From an uncultured Acidobacteriaceae bacterium (GTDB taxonomy: Bacteria > Acidobacteriota > Terriglobia > Terriglobales > Acidobacteriaceae): a stretch of 64,000 bases of DNA. Below the pieces are notes generated by a model. The model did no database searches. It was given only the letters and a program-made list of their open reading frames with translations, and was not told where the DNA came from. The stretch lies in assembly GCA_963772155.1 (NCBI GenBank), contig CAVYVX010000016.1, positions 8,469-72,468 of the forward strand, in the 5' to 3' direction. Positions 62,102 to 64,000 of the stretch are shown piece after piece; position 1 is the stretch's first letter, and every line of letters starts with the position of its first letter. The position numbers were made by a program, and so were the translations under genes.

Positions 62102-64000
62102 CTAGCGGTTTGCGCCCTTTGTCAACTGCTTAACAAGGGTTCGTTCGTGCGCCGCCAAGGTTTCGTCCCCGAGCTTTGCATAGGCGCGAGCCAGGTATTC
62201 GTGCGGTTCCGGGGAGTCCGGTTTGGTCGCGCTTGCCGTCTTCAGGTACGGAATCGCGTTTGCAGCGTCGTTTTCGCCGAGGCTGATCGCGCCCAGCAGG
62301 AGATTTGTTTCGTAATGCTGCGGTTTGAGTTCGCGGGTATACAATGCCGTTTTCTTTGCGTCGGCAATTCGTCCGAGGTTGAAATAGAGCTTGGCCAACT
62401 CATAGTGGACTTGTGCCGAATGTGGCACTGTCTCCGCGGCGCGCTCCATTTCCGGTACCGCCGCTTTGAGGTCGCGCTTTTGAATGAGTGTCATGGCCAG
62501 TTGGAAGTGCCCTAGCCCTTGATCCGGGAACATCTTCACTTCTTTTCGCCAAGTCGCCAATGCGTTGTCGACATTGCCCGTGACCAACCACGCTTTGGCT
62601 AAATCGTTGTAAACGGTCAGTAGTTGTGGGTCCCGCGCGAGCACGGCTTGCATTTTTCGGATCGCTTCCTTGGGCCGTCCATCCCACAAAGCGAATTGCG
62701 CCTCGGACATCTCATTGGCTACGGCCACCTCGTCTTTGGGATCGATACCCCCGATTGGCGAGATCGTGCTGTTGGTGGATGCGATGTAGCCGAGAGCGTT
62801 GACTTGCTCCACTTGCTTGGGATCGAGATTCACGGAGCTTGTGCCGTCAGGGCTGCGCGTTTTCTCACGGAATGCCCTAACCTGCGCCGCGAGCGTGCCA
62901 GCGACCGCCGGGGATGAAGGTGCGAGATCGTGCTGTTCCGCCGGGTCTTTGGATGTTTCGTACAATTCCGGCCGTGGCGCTTGCACGAACAAATACTCCC
63001 CCGTCCGCAGCGCGCGCAACGCGCTCCAGCCAAACGCTTGGCGGGGATAGTCGGTTTCGGCGTAAGCCGCCCGGTCGTCCAAGCCGCTTGCCTTCCCCGC
63101 CGTCTGGTTCATTAGCGGCAGCAGCGACCGCCCCTGAATACTACTTGGCCCGGCAACGCCAACAATCTCAAGGATGGTTGGCAGGACATCAACCAATTGG
63201 GCCCGCGCATCTACAATTGCGCCCGCCGATTGTTGGCGAGGCAATTTGAATAGCAATGGCACCCGGATCGTTGAGTCGTACAAGAACAGCCCGTGGTAGA
63301 GTTCGCCGTGTTCGCCGAGGCCCTCACCATGGTCCGCCATGACCGCGATCAAGGTGTCGTCGAACAGTTTCGCCGCACGTAAGCGGTCGAAGAACCCGCC
63401 CAGGACCGAATCGACGTAGGCAATTTCGCCGTCGTATGGGTTCAGCCGGAAGCGCTCGGCAAAAGGCTGGGGCGGATCATAGGGAGCGTGCGGATCGTAG
63501 AGATGAATCCATAGGAAGAATGGTTCATTGTCATTCTTCTCCACCCATTTTTCCGCACGGGCGACAACCTCGGCGGCCCGCCGCCGGCTGCTGGAATAGC
63601 GGTCTTCGCCCGGGCGAGTACTGTGGAAGCCGGCATTGTATTCGTCAAATCCGCGATCGAAGCCGGGTGCTACGGCCATTCCGGGCCTGCAGGATAATCG
63701 ACCCGACAAAGGCGGCGGTGCGATATCCCGCGCCGCGCAGGATTGCAGGCGCGAAAGGCAGACTCTCAGGCATGGGGCGGTAAGGCATACTCACGTTGTG
63801 GAATTGCGGATAAGTGCCCGTCAGGATAGTGGCATGGGACGGCGTAGTGAGCGGGGCCTGCGCGTAAGCGCGCGTGAAAACGATCCCGTCGCGGGCCAGG
63901 GCGTCGAGATTGGGCGTAAGTTTTCGCTTCGATCCGAGAAACCCCATGCGGTCGGCGCGAGTCGTATCCAGCGTAATCAGGATGACATTGCTGTGCTCGG
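62102..64000 (-). pseudogene. near-identical second copy of 59523-61487, +1 frame break near 63670-63690, runs off the window end
   Basis: Colinear with copy 1 at offset 2579-2580 nt. ORFs 63645-63947 and 62102-63709 are in different frames. Confidence 0.7.

Noticed and set aside
55535-64000. Calling the four sulfatase-fold genes true sulfatases linked to sulfur metabolism
   Set aside because: The Cys/Ser-x-P-x-R formylglycine motif is absent in all four, with Thr at the nucleophile position. A sulfatase role is therefore not supported by the sequence.

Overview
High-GC bacterial chromosomal segment. Hand-counted 60-nt lines give about 55-72% G+C, against about 41% in one accessory patch. 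It is very rich in REP/MITE-like palindromic elements. An Acidobacteriota-like origin is my inference from repeat families and gene content only.

Gene content in order:
- rpsT fragment, a membrane redox gene trio, and three toxin-antitoxin-like pairs.
- A large Ig/beta-propeller lipoprotein, then crotonase-ribH-nusB, hicBA and a pyruvoyl arginine decarboxylase.
- An ECF sigma/anti-sigma pair and a frame-broken Slt-type transglycosylase.
- An AT-richer accessory patch: HslV/proteasome-like Ntn hydrolase, IS1-like transposase, a small protein plus retropepsin-like protease, and an OMP barrel.
- A 6.3-kb islet bounded by a tRNA-Lys 3-prime direct repeat. It carries one giant S53 peptidase/GloVer-repeat/Ig-repeat gene that runs directly into an integrase remnant.
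- tRNA-Lys(CTT) and an ISAs1 remnant.
- A complete dissimilatory APS-reductase module, aprBA-qmoABC, followed by a DsrJ-like triheme cytochrome.
- Divergent from that module, a PPDK-like dikinase lacking the PEP/pyruvate barrel. It is convergent with a membrane HExxH domain fused to a circularly permuted enolase. This pair is my top candidate for something undescribed.
- A PD40/PHP hydrolase, a DAACS transporter, a frame-broken rnhA, and mnmE with in-frame palindromic-element insertions.
- A cluster of alkaline-phosphatase-superfamily genes: two NPP-type and four sulfatase-fold/TPR proteins with Thr in place of the Cys/Ser-x-P-x-R motif, plus a sulfotransferase-like gene. The cluster ends in a 2.58-kb tandem duplication.

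Five conserved genes each show a +1 frame break.

All family calls come from reading motifs in the supplied translations and my own translations. No searches or tools were run.
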